Assembly: GCA_965649825.1 (NCBI GenBank)
Contig: OZ287700.1
Span: 1,178,001 to 1,242,000 of the forward strand
DNA: 64,000 nucleotides
DNA from: Penicillus capitatus
Taxonomy: Eukaryota; Plantae; Chlorophyta
Reading direction: 5' to 3'
Part shown: positions 12,525 through 27,892 of the stretch, piece by piece
Numbering within the stretch: the stretch's first letter is position 1
How the letters are laid out: each line of letters opens with the position of its first letter
The notes under the pieces: model-generated
The model's database searches: none
What the model was told of the DNA's origin: nothing
The model's input: only the letters and a program-made list of their open reading frames with translations
Made by a program: the position numbers and the translations under genes

Positions 12525-14223
12525 ATGCGACGGACGGGATGGAGGCGTTTCTTGGAAGCTACGACAGCACGGAAGACGGGGAGACAGAAACAACAACGGG
12601 TGCCGTTCTCACCCATACAACGTGCTCTTTCTCAACATCCATCCGTAAGAAGGCAGTCGACGCACTACTATCTCGTCAAAAAGAGTGAGACAGGTCTTGG
12701 TCGAAGAATCGGGATTCCTCGGCGTTCTCACACTTAACAGGTCCAATTCCATTCTCGGGATGACGTGTGATGACATCTTCTGCTCGGCAGGCCTCAGAAA
12801 CTCAACGCATTGAATCTTGACATGGTGGGATGTGAGTGTATGTGTTGAGGACCTCGGCAGGTCCGTGTTCAGGTAACGCGAATGGGACAGAAGATCAAAG
12901 AATGGGCGCATCGGGATCATCCAATCCGGACCATTCTGATCAAGGGAAACGGCAGAGTGCGTTACGCTGTCTTATCTCTCTGCAGCAAAGCTCTCAGGCG
13001 TTTTGCAGCGGAGGGGATGTGAAACACATCACTCAGCGCAGTTCTGTCGGCGACATCGAGACAGGTCGCGCCTTCTTCAGAAAGAATTACTGGCTGGATT
13101 ACACCATATCGCAGCTCGAGAAGCCGTGTGTGGTGCTGATGGATGGAATCACTCATGGAGGTGGGTGCGGCATCGCCATGCATGCATCGCACCGTATCTG
13201 CACCGAAAAGTGAGGCCCGAAATTATAACGATGTAAGAATGAGCATCGTCTCAGTACCGTATGGGCGATGCCCGAGACCAGAATTGGTTACTTTCCGGAT
13301 TGCGGATCTTCTTTCGTTTTCCGCAGAAGCGATCGAGTGGGTCAGAAATGGGGATTGCTCTATGCCCTGACGGGAGAGGCCGTACCATCGCCCGTAATGA
13401 AACTATGACGACACTCTCTGATCTCGTCTGACCTGTACTCGCTGTAGGACATGGTGCCCTACGGAATAGCAACACACAGAATTCGATCGGAAGAGTGGTC
13501 AGCGATCGAGACCAAACTCAAAGAGCACCCCGTCGATATTTCCACCCTCTTGCACAGCCACGCATGCCCTCCAGTAAAACAGCAGTAGACGGAGGAGATG
13601 TCGATCTTGGGTGTCGTGTGCTTAGCAAGTCGAGCACAAGGAGGCACCTCTGAGAAGATGGGTCATCGATGCATTGACGACCCATGGGTACCAAGAGGCT
13701 GGAAGTGTGATCGACATGATCGAGCATCTCAAATCCTTATCATCTGCCAAATCTTCGTCCCTGTCCTTTGTGGAGAATCAGGAGAACATAAACGGGGATT
13801 CCATGAATAGCTTTCTGCTCAGAGATTTCACAAAACGCATCTTGGAAAGCATCGAGCGGTAAGAACACGTGCGGAATCAAACAAACAACGTATGGGCCAA
13901 TTCCAGGGCCTCTCCCCTTTCGTTGAGCATCACTTTTGAGTTACTGAAAAGAGTGAGAGATTCGGAAAGCCTCGAGCAATGCATGCAGAGGGAATGGATA
14001 CTGTCAGACAGTTTCCTTCGTCTGCCGAGCGATTTCATTGCCGGTGTCCAGGCGCAGCTGATCGATAAGGGCACACCCAAATGGAGATTCCCGTCCCTCG
14101 AACAGGTAACGCTTCTCGCTTGCTCATGACTCCATCCGTCTCGTTCAGGTGGATACGCGACTGGTGCAAGAGTTCTTTCGTGGCAGAGATGGTGTTGATC
14201 TTGATGTGACGTCTGTCTTGTAA
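12525..14223 (+). CDS. HIBCH: 3-hydroxyisobutyryl-CoA hydrolase-like protein, mitochondrial (9 introns)
   Basis: Spliced LTLNRPQKLNALNLDM, KGNGRAFCSGGDVK, MDGITHGGGCG, WAMPETRIGYFPD, ASPLSLSIT and DFIAGVQAQLIDKG; Arg-rich N-terminal presequence. Confidence 0.92.
14219..14223 (+). terminator. TGTAA poly(A) signal overlapping the HIBCH stop codon (TTG TAA)
   Basis: Sequence ...GTC TTG TAA; the signal includes the stop codon. Confidence 0.5.
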
Positions 14224-14241
14224 ACAGTCTCTCCCTTCCGT

Positions 14242-14646
14242 ATGCCGCTCTATGCGTTGTTCTGTCTGTTGCGTCCGACACTCACTAAGCCGCAAAAGGC
14301 CGCCGCCATTAAACACAGTGCCATGACGGTGCTGAACAACGACGGCATTGTGACGGATATCGTATCCCATGGCACCTATCGTCTGGCCAAAGCCATCAAG
14401 AGCGGCAATGAACGCTTCACAGATGTCAGCGTCCTCCGGAAGCTGCCTGGAAGCTGAGAATGTCCTATGCAGGCAGCGATCTTCGATCTGCACTTCTTTG
14501 TCAAGACGGAAGTGCTGAAAGAAATGGAGCACGACCTGCGCGTTGACGAGAATGTGATGCGGTGGGTCATCCGAAAACGCCCTGCGATGGCAAAGCTGCC
14601 GGACATGAGAGCTCTGTACAAGGAGGTGGTCGAACTCCAGAGATAA
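14242..14646 (+). CDS. RPS6: Mitochondrial ribosomal protein bS6m (one 48-nt intron)
   Basis: MPLYALFCLLRP...HGTYRLAKAIK...HFFV...EMEHDLRVDENVMRWVIRK matches the bS6 family; the MPLY start is typical of plant and algal mitochondrial S6. Confidence 0.88.
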
Positions 14647-14653
14647 ACATCGC

Positions 14654-16446
14654 ATGATGCTCAGCATGAACGTCTGCGTCGCGATCTGTCCTCACGCAAC
14701 GAAGGCAACGTCGATTGTCCACGTCGAACGCGGCGGCGCCATTCGTGTCAACATCCAAGGCGAGCGAGAAAGACGCTATCGTTTGACGCCACTGACTGCG
14801 ACATCTGGTCCGTCGCATGCGGCGGAATGGATGGAGCGATGCGGAGAGGAAGCGATCGACGGCGTCATTCGTGGCGGCGATGTTCTGCTTCTGTCGACGG
14901 GTCAAGTGGGCCTCTCCAAAAGGGCAACCATGTTCCATCGTCCAGGCGGCATTGTTTGGCGTTTTCTCAAAAAACTCTGGAAAACACTCGAGGAGCAAAA
15001 AAGTGATGTCGCCTGCAGCCTGACGCTGTGGGAGATTCGCGATAGAGAGATACTAGATCTGTTGCGCCCGACTGGACCACCCTTCACTTCCTCACTCTTT
15101 TGTCACAGCGTGCCGCTGGCATCGATGGAGGATATTGCTGTCCTGCTGAAAGGCGCTCTCACGGACGCGCCGTCAGCGGAATGTCTATCACATCTCTTCC
15201 TGCGACTCACCATGCAGCGGAACAACAGTCTGCACAAAAGCAGTGTCTGTTTCGTGGATATGGCAGATACGCCCTTCCTCACACGCCATGCTTCCCACGG
15301 CCTGTCTTCGGAACGATGCTGTGCGATAGATGGATCCAGCGATGGCGTTGCCGACCTTCGACAGGTCAGCAGAATGATTTCCTCGATGGCGAAGCGAGGT
15401 CGCCCCCACGTGATTTCTCTCTGTTCCTGCAATAAACTGTGCTGCGATTCAGGAGTGCATGAAGCTTCGTGCGATATGGGATCTGTCAAACAACAGCACG
15501 GCATTCTGGCGGCTGAGCTACGAAAGCGTCTGGCTGACAGTATGACGTATGCCGTCTGTTCTGTGTCGGATCGGCCAGAAGACGCGCTCAATACCATTCA
15601 CACGCTTCGGTTGGCCACGCAGATATCCCGCATCCCAAATAGAACGCCATCCGAAGACGTGTTCTCGAATTCATCTCCACGCGCTGTTTTTCAGAACGCG
15701 ACGTCTTTTCCCGCAGATATCTCTGCGACATCGCAAACACCATGTCCGTTGTCTTGCAGACGGCCGGCACCCCATACGTCACATCTTACGCCTCCTTGTG
15801 CCGTCAGCGATGGGATATGCTGTCTCCACGGCGACGTGCTTTTCTCTTCGGCGACTAAGGCATCGCAGGAAATGTCGAAAGACGAAGAAGAGGGCGAAGC
15901 TCAAAGCATCAACCGGACGCTGCTCAATTTGATCGACAAGCAGAAGCGTATGCAGGACCACATGGAATGCTGTCTTGAAGATAGCAAGACTGCCAAAGCG
16001 GAAGCGCTTCTGCACAAAGAAGTGCGTTGGAGAGTAGCCCCAACTGCGAGAATCGTTCTTGGTGTTTTGTTTAGATCGAGATGGAAGAGCTGAGAATCGA
16101 GATGGAGACGCTGCGCAGCAAATGCCGTTCTTTGGAAGCGTCCTCACCCTACGCCACACAATTCGATGCCTACGAACGCGAAACCCGCACTCAACTTCGA
16201 CAGATCCACAGTCTCAAGGAGGAGAATGTGGCACTCGCCAAGCAGCTAACGGCACAGCAAGAGCGACAAACAAAGAACGCTGCCAATATGGAATCTCCGA
16301 CGCACTTCACGGCCAAAATGCGAGGCATCGCAGAAAAAAAGGTGACCCAAAGGACCATTGCTCGACTGGAGAGAGAACTGACCGCGTTGAAAGAAGAGAA
16401 CATCACACTTCGGCAGAAAGCCCGATGCTACGATTTCTTTAAGTAA
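14654..16446 (+). CDS. Divergent kinesin-like protein with degenerate motor domain and C-terminal coiled coil
   Basis: Kinesin-fold landmarks in order: NVCVAICP, GGDVLLLSTGQ, SLTLWEIRDREILDLL, FVDMAD, TIHTLRLATQISRIPN. Introns at about 15398-15451 and about 16021-16073; coiled coil in the last exon. Confidence 0.75.
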
Positions 16447-16685
16447 GATACCGGTCACACTTTTTCAGACATTCCCACTCCTGCTGTCTTTTCAGAAAAC
16501 AGTGCGGGCTATTGATATCGGAGATCAAAGCTGGCAAAGAGAGACGCTGGAGACGGGGTCCGTATTCAATGGAGACTCATTCAACATAATGCGTGGTGCC
16601 ATCCAAGATCTCATACATTTTCACAAACCGTCACACTTTTCCGCTTTCCTCATTCTTTCGCCAACGCATGTTTCCAAATGATCAT

Positions 16686-17406
16686 TCAGGACAGTTGTCC
16701 ACAGTCGGCGATGACGATCTTCTTCGAGGTGTTCCCCCCTCTGCTGCCGTACGCTTCGACGGACTTGACGGTATCCATCCCATCAACCACTTTTCCAAAA
16801 ACGACATGCTTTCCATCTAACCACGACGTCTTGACCGTCGTGATGAAAAATTGAGACCCATTTGTGTTCGGTCCGGCATTGGCCATCGAGAGATATCCTG
16901 GGAGATATTCGAATATGATGTGACAGCTGTGATGCTCTCACCTGGTTCTTCGTGCTTAAGGGAGAAGTTCTCGTCGCTGAATTTCTCGCCGTAGATAGAT
17001 TCGCCTCCCGTGCCGTTGCCTCTTGTGAAATCTCCGCCCTGAACCATTCTATTGATGTGACGTCTCGATGGCGGCGCGGTTCACTTGGCACATGAAGTCT
17101 GGAATCACGCGATGAAACGTAGATCCCTTATAGTGCAATGGCTTTCCACTTCTTCCCTGGCCTTTCTCCCCTGCCAGCACCACAAACGAACGTACAAACA
17201 CCTCGACGATCTATGCCGTGACGCACCGGTGCAGAGAGCACGGAAATTTTCGGCCGTCCGCGGGACGATATCTGCAAAGAGCTGCGCCGCAAGCACCGAT
17301 CGCAACAGGAATGCGGCTGCAACGGCGGCATTACTTGCATGGTAATGCGACCGACGGGCTGCCCATCGGCTTCGATGTCAAAGAAGACCGTCGGTCGGGA
17401 AGCCAT
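16686..17406 (-). CDS. Cytosolic cyclophilin A-type peptidyl-prolyl isomerase (4 introns)
   Basis: [11 protein letters not shown]...[17 protein letters not shown]...[16 protein letters not shown]...SIYGEKF...[31 protein letters not shown]. Confidence 0.97.
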
Positions 17407-17615
17407 GACTGAGCACAGACGGAGAATAAACGAACGAACGAACGAACACAGACGGCACCGCCGAATCCTCAATGACTTAATGGCAACGCATCACCATCAC
17501 AAACGACTCAAATGATCTTTTGATTCATCAACGAACCAACAACAAAAGGAAAGAGACGGAGGCGTGTAGACGACCTCCTCTCGTACGCACAGAGAACAGA
17601 GCATCCATGTCCACT

Positions 17616-20511
17616 TCAGGTCGACAAGCTCTTGGTCATGATCTCTTTGGTGTTGGTGGAGAGACCAGGCGTGTCCACAATCTTCTGAATCTCCTTCTTC
17701 ATCAATTCCTGTCGTTCAGGATTGTATTTCTTCCATTCTGTCAATACTGTACTGATGCGCGCCGCCACTTGAGGGTTGAGTTTATCCAGCTCGATGAGCT
17801 TGGTCGAATAGAGGGAGTATCCAGATCCATCTGCTGCGTGAAAATTGACAGGACTCATCGCAAATCCACGGAAGAGTGCATAGTTGTTGTTGGGATTGTC
17901 GATGCGGTATGCCGGATGCTCAAACAATGCCTTGACAGCATCGGTGTTGCCCTCGATGTTAGACATAGCCTGGAGGGTAATCCATTTGTTCACCACCAGA
18001 AATTCTTCCTTCCATTTCTCATAGAACTCGTTCAGCATATCGGTACGCTGCTGACAGTCGATGTCGATCACGGCCCGGACAGCCGCAATCGCATCTGTCA
18101 TGTTGTTTGCCTTGCGATAACGTTCCAGGCATTCATTCAAGTACTCTTCCTTCCCAGTCATGGCCAAACCGATCAAAGAGATGTTCTTCATGGCACGTTT
18201 AGACATCTGGCCAGGACTGATGTCAAAGACTTCGCCTGCGGGAGGATCTGTCGTAAGAGATCTGTGTGCATGGGAGGGAGGTACCTTCAGCGGCGTCGTT
18301 CTTCTGGAGGACATTGCGGAAGGTGTCTTCCAGATTCTTCGCCAGTTCGACCCCCACATGCTCGATCACTCGGTACAGCAGTACTGGATCCACTTCGTGG
18401 AGCTCGCCGGTCATCTCGTTCTGGCTTGGAGGTGTCAGTGCCAGAGCGCCAAACTGTCCATCGATAACCTCATCTTCCAAAACGGATTTGTAGGCATCGA
18501 TCAGGTTCTGAGGGACGTTGCCCAGCGGCGCATCGGCGCCATTTGCCAGGGCTTCGGTATAGAGCTTCTTAATAATCTTTTTCGACAGACGTTGACCTGC
18601 ATCCCACCTGAAAGGCACACCGCATCCAAAACGTCACATCATTGTGTCAGCAAGACACCCACCTGTTGAACTCGTCACTATCGTTTGCGAAAAGGAAAAC
18701 CAGATCTTCATCCGTTTGTCCTTCGATCTCCAGCTTCACAGGGGCCGAAAAAGAACGGAGAATGGAAGGGACTGGATTGGAGGACACGTCTTCAAAGACA
18801 TACGTCGCTTCCGCCGTATCAAATTCCAGAACAATCTCAGGGACCGGCTTCGCCGAAGCGCCTTTCAATTTGAGCGGCATTTCTTTGCCATCCGGTCCCA
18901 AGAGCGCCATTTTGAGAGGAATCAGCACAGGGATCTTCTCCGTCTGTCCAGCTGTCGCGGGCGTCGACTGCGTCGCATGCAATGTGTACGTCCGATTGGT
19001 TTCGTTGTAGCTCGTCGTGATCTTGACGTTTGGCGTTCCTGCCTGACCATACCACTTGTGCAAATTGGACAGATCTTTGCCGTTCGCTTTCGACATCGCC
19101 GAGAGGAAGTCATCGCATGTCACGGCCTTGCCATCGAAGAGGCTAAAGTACAGATCCATGCCCTTGCGGAATCCATCGTCGCCCAAGAGCGTTCGATAGA
19201 TGTTGATCACTTCTGCACCCTAGACGCACATCTCACTCCAAATCGCGCCGCATAAGATTGGGGATAGATCCCCGTCTAACCTTTTCGTAGACGGTTGTGG
19301 TGTAGAAGTTGTCCATCTTGATATAGGACTCGGGACGAATCGGATGCGACATGGGACCAGAGTCTTCGCTGAACTGCACGGAACGCAAGGTGCGAACATT
19401 GCCGATGCGTTCGACGGCGCGCGAATTGAGATCAGAAGAAAACTCCTGCATCACACATAGCGATGGTTAGCGGTTGTGCCGATCTGTTAGGTCGTTCGTT
19501 TACCTGATCTCTCCATACAGTCAGTCCTTCTTTGAGCGTCAGCTGAAACCAGTCGCGACACGTGACGCGATTTCCCGTCCAGTTGTGAAAGTACTCGTGT
19601 CCCACGACTGCCTGAATGTTGGAAAAGTCCATGTCCGTTGCCGTCTCGGCCGATGCCAGGACATATTTCGAATTGAAAACGTTCAGCGACTTGTTCTCCA
19701 TCGCTCCCATGTTGAAATCATCCACGACCACAATATTGAACAGATTCAAATCGTACTCGCGTCCAAAACGCTCTTCATCCCATTGCATAGCCTCTTTTAA
19801 CGATTTCATGGCATGGCCAACTTTATGGGTATTATGCTTCTGTGCATAGATACGCAGGGTCACCTCTTTGCCGCTCATGGTCTTAAAGGTATCTTCCTGA
19901 TGACCCAGATCGCCGGCCACCAAGGCAAAGAGATAACACGGTTTGAGAAAAGGATCGACCCATCGAGCATAATGACGACCGTTTTCCAGATCTCCCGTTT
20001 CCTCGAGGTTGCCATTCGATAACAGAACTGGATACTTTTCTTTGTCCGCCTCAATACGGACATCGTAACTTGACATGACGTCTGGACGATCGAGCGCATA
20101 CGTAATACCTCGGAATCCTTCCGCCTCACACTGTGTGCAGTAATTCCCACTCGACTTGTACAGTCCTTCCAACAACGTGTTCTCTTGCGGTTTGATTTCG
20201 GTCACCACTTCCAAAACGAAGTCACCGACGGGGACGTTGCTCAGCGTCAAGCTGTTTTCCGTCAACGTTTGGTTTTCGGGGGCAACTGGAGTGTTGTCGA
20301 TTTTGATGGATACGAGTTTCATGTCTTTGCGTCCGTTGAGAAAAACGACGCCGCTGCGATCGTCGGATTCAGAGTTAAGTGTGTATTGTGAGGTCGCCAC
20401 GACGGTCGTCACATCTTCGTTGAGATTGAAGCTCAGCGAGATGCTGCGGATAAGATAGGGGGTCGGTTTGTAGTCCGTGCGGTGGATCTCTTTGAGCTTT
20501 TCGCCCTCCAT
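17616..20511 (-). CDS. M1 aminopeptidase N (PepN/puromycin-sensitive type); possible extra transit-peptide exons upstream to about 20800
   Basis: [51 protein letters not shown] and the C-terminal [11 protein letters not shown]. Confidence 0.95.
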
Positions 20512-20977
20512 TGCCTTCAAAACGCAAAAGCTGAACAAAAATGCAGAGGGATGAAACGCACAGTGGAAGTGGTCGTGGCGGAGGCGCTGAAAACAACGAA
20601 CGGTCGGATCGAACCTTCTACACACAGCTGTCACATCATATGGGAAATGAGGCTGGCCGGACCAGCGAAGGGGCAAGGCCGAATGTAGGTCTCACGCGAT
20701 GGGATGTGCCACGGCCGACGCAGACGGATGGCTCTTGAAGACGCTAAGGACACACAGCAGATGATCAGTGCCGATAAGAAGCGACAGCCAAACGGCAGGG
20801 TCGGTGGAGGAGAGGCACGAAGCGCTGGAAAGAAGGAAAGAAGGATCGCAACGAAGCCATGTCGAGCTGAAAAGTGTCTCCGTCGACAACGGGCCCAGGG
20901 CGTCAGGCTGGACGAAAACGGTGGACGTGTGCGTCGATGATGTGTCTGTCTGGTGTCGTACTGTTGTTGGTGCATCC

Positions 20978-22908
20978 ATGGAGGTCTACGGCGCTCGATG
21001 TCTGAATATCAATGTGGGAGTGATGGGCCACGTGGACAGTGGCAAGACGAGCTTAGGTCCTCTGTCTGGTATCCCCACTCTGTGAACGCTGTCTCTCTTT
21101 TCAGTTGAGAAGCTCTCGACGGTTCTCTCAACGGCAGCACTGGACAAGCACCCACAGAGTCAGGAACGTGGGATCACACTGGACCTCGGCTTCTCTGCCT
21201 TGCGTGTGCGAAAGGGCGATAGGGAAAGGCAGAAAAGAGTGTGCGAGTGTTGCAGGTGCCTATTCCGGAGAGACTCGCGGGGGAGGGCAGCACGTATGAA
21301 TCGCTGCAGTTCACGTTGGTGGACTGTCCTGGACACGCATCGCTGATCCGGGCGGTTTTGGGAGGCGCACACATTATGGACATGATGATCCTGGTGATCG
21401 ACGTGACGAAAGGCATCCAGGTGCAGACGGCCGAATGTCTGGTGGTCGGAGAAATTTCAGTCGACAAGATTCTGGTCCTGTTGAACAAAGTGGATCTCTA
21501 TCCTCCGGAAAAGCGTGAGAAATTTGTGAGTAAAGCGAAAAAAAGAGTGATGCAGACACTCAAACTCACCTCCTTTAAGAATCCCAGAATCCTCCCCGTC
21601 TCAGCAAAAGAAGGTGTGCAGCATCCGAAAGGGTGGATGATAGGAGTGATGCTTTCATAGGCGAGGGGATCAATGAGATCATCCACGAGCTCACACAAAT
21701 GGTCGATGGCCTGCCCAGTCGACGCACTGGGCCTTTCCTCTTCGCCATCGATCACTGTTTCCGCATCAAGGGACAAGGAACTGTTCTGACAGGCACCGTT
21801 TTACAGGTCTTGTTCGGGCAGAGATCTGATCCGACACATTGGATCTCACTCAGTGAGAATGCTGTAGGGAAGTGTGACCATACATGATCTCATTGAATTG
21901 CCAGTCCTGAAGGAGTCGAGAAAGGTCAAGAGTATTCAGGTGTTTCATCAAGCTGTCACATCAGCTTCTGCTGGAGATCGAGCCGGCATCTGTGTTGCTC
22001 GGTTGGATCCATCCCGCATCGAACGTGGACTGGCTGCAACTCCCGACAGCATCCAGTCCTTCCAAGTCAGCCGTCCCGTCCTTAACGCACACTTGCTCAA
22101 GGGATTTGTTCAGATGGCCATCGCTTCGGTGGAGAAAGTGCGATTCTATGCGGACCAAGTGCTTTCTGGGCAGAAACTGCATGTCATGTTGGGACATGCC
22201 ATCGCCATTGGCAAGTTCACTTTTTTCACATCATCCACCAAGCCATCTCGTTCGTACTGCATTGGAAGAGTGTATTCGGAAGGCGTTGGTCATGTCTTGT
22301 GGCAGGGTTTGCTTTGGGCGATGAAGAGTATCAGTTCGTAGAGGAGCTTCTTCCAGACGTCACCACTACTCAATGGGCTCTCATTCAGTTCGAGGTGCCA
22401 ATGACATCGCCCGTGGAGCTTTCGTTGATTGCTGCCCGGCTCGGCGGAGAATCCGATGCTCAGCACTGCAGAATGGCATTGCATGGGAAGATTCTGCAGA
22501 CCATCGATCCTGCACAACGCGAACAACTCAAGATCTACAAGGCATCCTTTGCCTGCCACAATTCAGACCGCAGGATCTGTGTGCTGACAGCTGAAGCGAC
22601 GACACGGGATGATAAAGGCCGTTATGGATGATGGGAAGACGGCGATCTGCAGCGGCATGTTCAAGAAGGAGACAGATTTCAGTTTCTTCATCGGCCTGCC
22701 CGTATCCTGCAGCGCTTTTCTGTTGTCTCTCTCTTCTCACCATCAGAATTGTGCAAAGGTCGTTTCGGAGAGAGGCGATCGAGGGAAACTTTTACGGCCA
22801 CACGGAGGCGAGGGCGATTTCCTTGTGCTTTTTCAGAAACCTCTATTGCAGAGAACCGAGGAATACACAAACATTACACTCTTCTCCCGAAAACACATCC
22901 ATCCTTGA
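20978..22908 (+). CDS. EEFSEC: Selenocysteine-specific elongation factor eEFSec (7 introns, one GC-AG)
   Basis: INVGVMGHVDSGKTSL, LDKHPQSQERGITLDLGFS, VDCPGHASLIRAVLGGAHI, AIDHCFRIKGQGTVLTGT and GMFKKETD. Confidence 0.93.
22542..22590 (+). other. GC-AG intron in EEFSEC (TACAAG|GCATCC...GCTGACAG|CTG)
   Basis: Removing these 49 nt joins LKIYK to LKRRHGMIK, matching the eEFSec LKxYKLK pattern; the unspliced form frameshifts to a stop. Confidence 0.85.
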
Positions 22909-22963
22909 TCATCAAACATCGTCCCCGATACCTTGCCATCGACCACCGTCTAGATAGGGCGCG

Positions 22964-22968
22964 TGTAA
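22964..22968 (+). terminator. TGTAA poly(A) signal downstream of EEFSEC
   Basis: TGTAA lies 55 nt after the stop codon. Confidence 0.5.
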
Positions 22969-23034
22969 TGCTTTAGATTAGAGATGAAGGTTCTGGATAT
23001 TTGAATGCGGGGTTAGAAAACTGCGAGGAAGCCA

Positions 23035-25865
<2,831 letters not shown>

Positions 25866-25957
25866 GGCCAACGTGTCGACCGGGAAATCGGAAACGCAAA
25901 CGTCACATCAAAGTCGATCACCCATCGCACGTCATTTTGGACTTCGGGTTGTGAAAA

Positions 25958-26295
25958 ATGCCACCGCTGAAGTCGATTCGATTGAAGGAAGTGGTCTACA
26001 CGCTCAGTCCCTTTGAGCAGTCGGTCATGTCAGGGCTGTGGAAACACGGGCCGACGAACTTCCTCCACACTGTCAAAGAAGTGAGGCTATCGCTAGACAC
26101 ACGTGTATATCGGCGAGGGTCCTTCTCGAATGGTTCCGCTGTAGAAAGGCTTGAAGATCAGCGTCTTTGGCCTGTTTCCTTTCTTCGGAACCGTCTGGTG
26201 CGATCCCACTCTCGGCCCTTGCGATCGAGGCGATGTGATGTGACAGGTATGCCCAGAACTACAAGGAAAAGGAGAAACTGGCCAAACGTTACTGA
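25958..26295 (+). CDS. QCR8: Cytochrome bc1 complex subunit 8 (2 introns)
   Basis: MPPLKSIRLKEVVYTLSPFEQSVMSGLWK...VWYAQNYKEKEKLAKRY* has the plant/algal QCR8 motif VVYxLSPFxQ. Confidence 0.9.
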
Positions 26296-26482
26296 AAATT
26301 CAGCGAGGACGTCGTCCAAACAATGTCTTTAATGATGGATGGCCTATGATTGTGCTTAGAAATGTTGTGCATACAAAGCGTTGTTCAGCCATCAGAGTCA
26401 TCAACTTTAAAGCACATCTTATCGATCACGGGTGGTGAACGCCTCCGCTCCGCATGATTGATCGGGGTCATCCTATCATCCA

Positions 26483-27892
26483 TCAACTGCGTTTTCGTTT
26501 CCAAGAGAGAAAGCGTTCATCGCCAAGTCTTCTTGGGAATTGTAGATGGAATATAAAATAGATAATGCCCGTCACAACGGAAATGCATCCTGCTGTGATG
26601 TAGACACCACCCAGGAACAGGTTATGCCCCCCTAGCCATGATGTTGTGCTTAGAACGATCTTCTTCTTGCCTCCGAAGAGGTAAGTATTATAATTGTTTC
26701 CAATGACAATTTGCAGCGGGTCACCCTCTTTCAAATCTTCGTGAAGGATGCCGTACAACTTTCTAAATTTCGGTAAGGAAGCCACCCGCATCCACACAAC
26801 GAAATGCTCGTCTTCAGCAACGCGCCCTATGATCACCCAAGCGTCATGCGTCTTGTGAACTTTCTATAGAGATTGCTTACCGTTTATGGTTCCTCCTCCG
26901 CGGTAGGCTTCCTTGTTATTAAAATTTTCTGTTGTGTAGGTTCCGAAGAGATCCTCACGATCACTTTTCCACGAAATGCCTTTGTGGCTCATATCCAGCG
27001 TATCATTATTCTTCCTGACCTATAAACGATTCCATTTAGCCTAAAAGAGTGTCCAGCGAGAAAAAGAGTGACTTCGAAGGTGTCGTTGAAGAATGACCAA
27101 GCTGTTAAACCGCATGGTTTGATGAGGAGATTTGGATCTTCCCTTTTTTTATCAGAATGCTGATAGAGCTTGGGTTTGCAATCTGCCGTATGTCCTCCGC
27201 TTCTTCCAGCCAGTTGGTGGTCGTTGCGGCTTTTGACATACCTGTTTACACACACGCCGTCATCTCACTCCAAATCTCACACTTTCTCACCGTCTATGAT
27301 TTTGATAATAATTTTCCAGTTCATAGTAGACATATACAGGCGCCTTCAAATCCTTTGACACTGTGAGGCTGATCTTACACCGACGGCTCTCCTTACAGCA
27401 CACACAACGCTCAATGATGGACATTATGAAGCACAGATGCCTCTGCTGTCGGGTCCTGCATGGACGCAATACGTTGCTCTTTCGAGTCGCCTGGGTCACA
27501 GGCTTGGTCATTGTCATACCTCTTAATCAACTCCTTCGCCTGTCACACATCAATCTCACTCACAAACGTCACATCATGTTTCGAAGACCGACATCGGATG
27601 CGGCAGATAGACAAACAGCACCGAGTGGAATCAGAATGAGCCCCAAACACAAATAAGCCGTAACCACCTGCAGGAGCACTTGCTTTACAAACAGTCACAC
27701 CGTCTGCTGTACACTGGACCTTAATGGGCGTGAAAACGGGACGAAATGCGCTCAGCTCTTGCTGAGTAAAACGCGAACCTGCACAAACAAACACAGTCCG
27801 TCGTCCTCCAGTCGTTCTGGCGTTGTCGCATTGTCCACGACTTGCGTTTTCTTACTCCTGGGTTCACGCGTGGTTCTTGTCGCTTCTGACAT
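26483..27892 (-). CDS. CDC50/LEM3 family flippase beta subunit (ALIS) (about 7 introns)
   Basis: [80 protein letters not shown] and a C-terminal TM helix. Confidence 0.94.

Noticed and set aside
5362-14148. Nucleosome-scale periodic spacing of introns
   Set aside because: Manual spacings in ALS and HIBCH range from about 80 to 550 nt with no clear period; a genome-wide autocorrelation would be needed.
19258-19275. Small hairpins inside introns (GGGGATCTATCCCC in the aminopeptidase gene; AGAGG-GGCA-CCTCT in DAD1)
   Set aside because: The stems are short, not shared between introns, and expected by chance.
20978-22908. Selenocysteine recoding system nearby
   Set aside because: eEFSec is ordinary in green algae. 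No gene here needs an in-frame TGA, and no SECIS could be supported.
27397-27445. Additional GC-AG intron in CDC50 (GAG|GCATCT)
   Set aside because: An in-frame GT donor 6 nt downstream explains the junction equally well; the two cannot be distinguished without RNA data.
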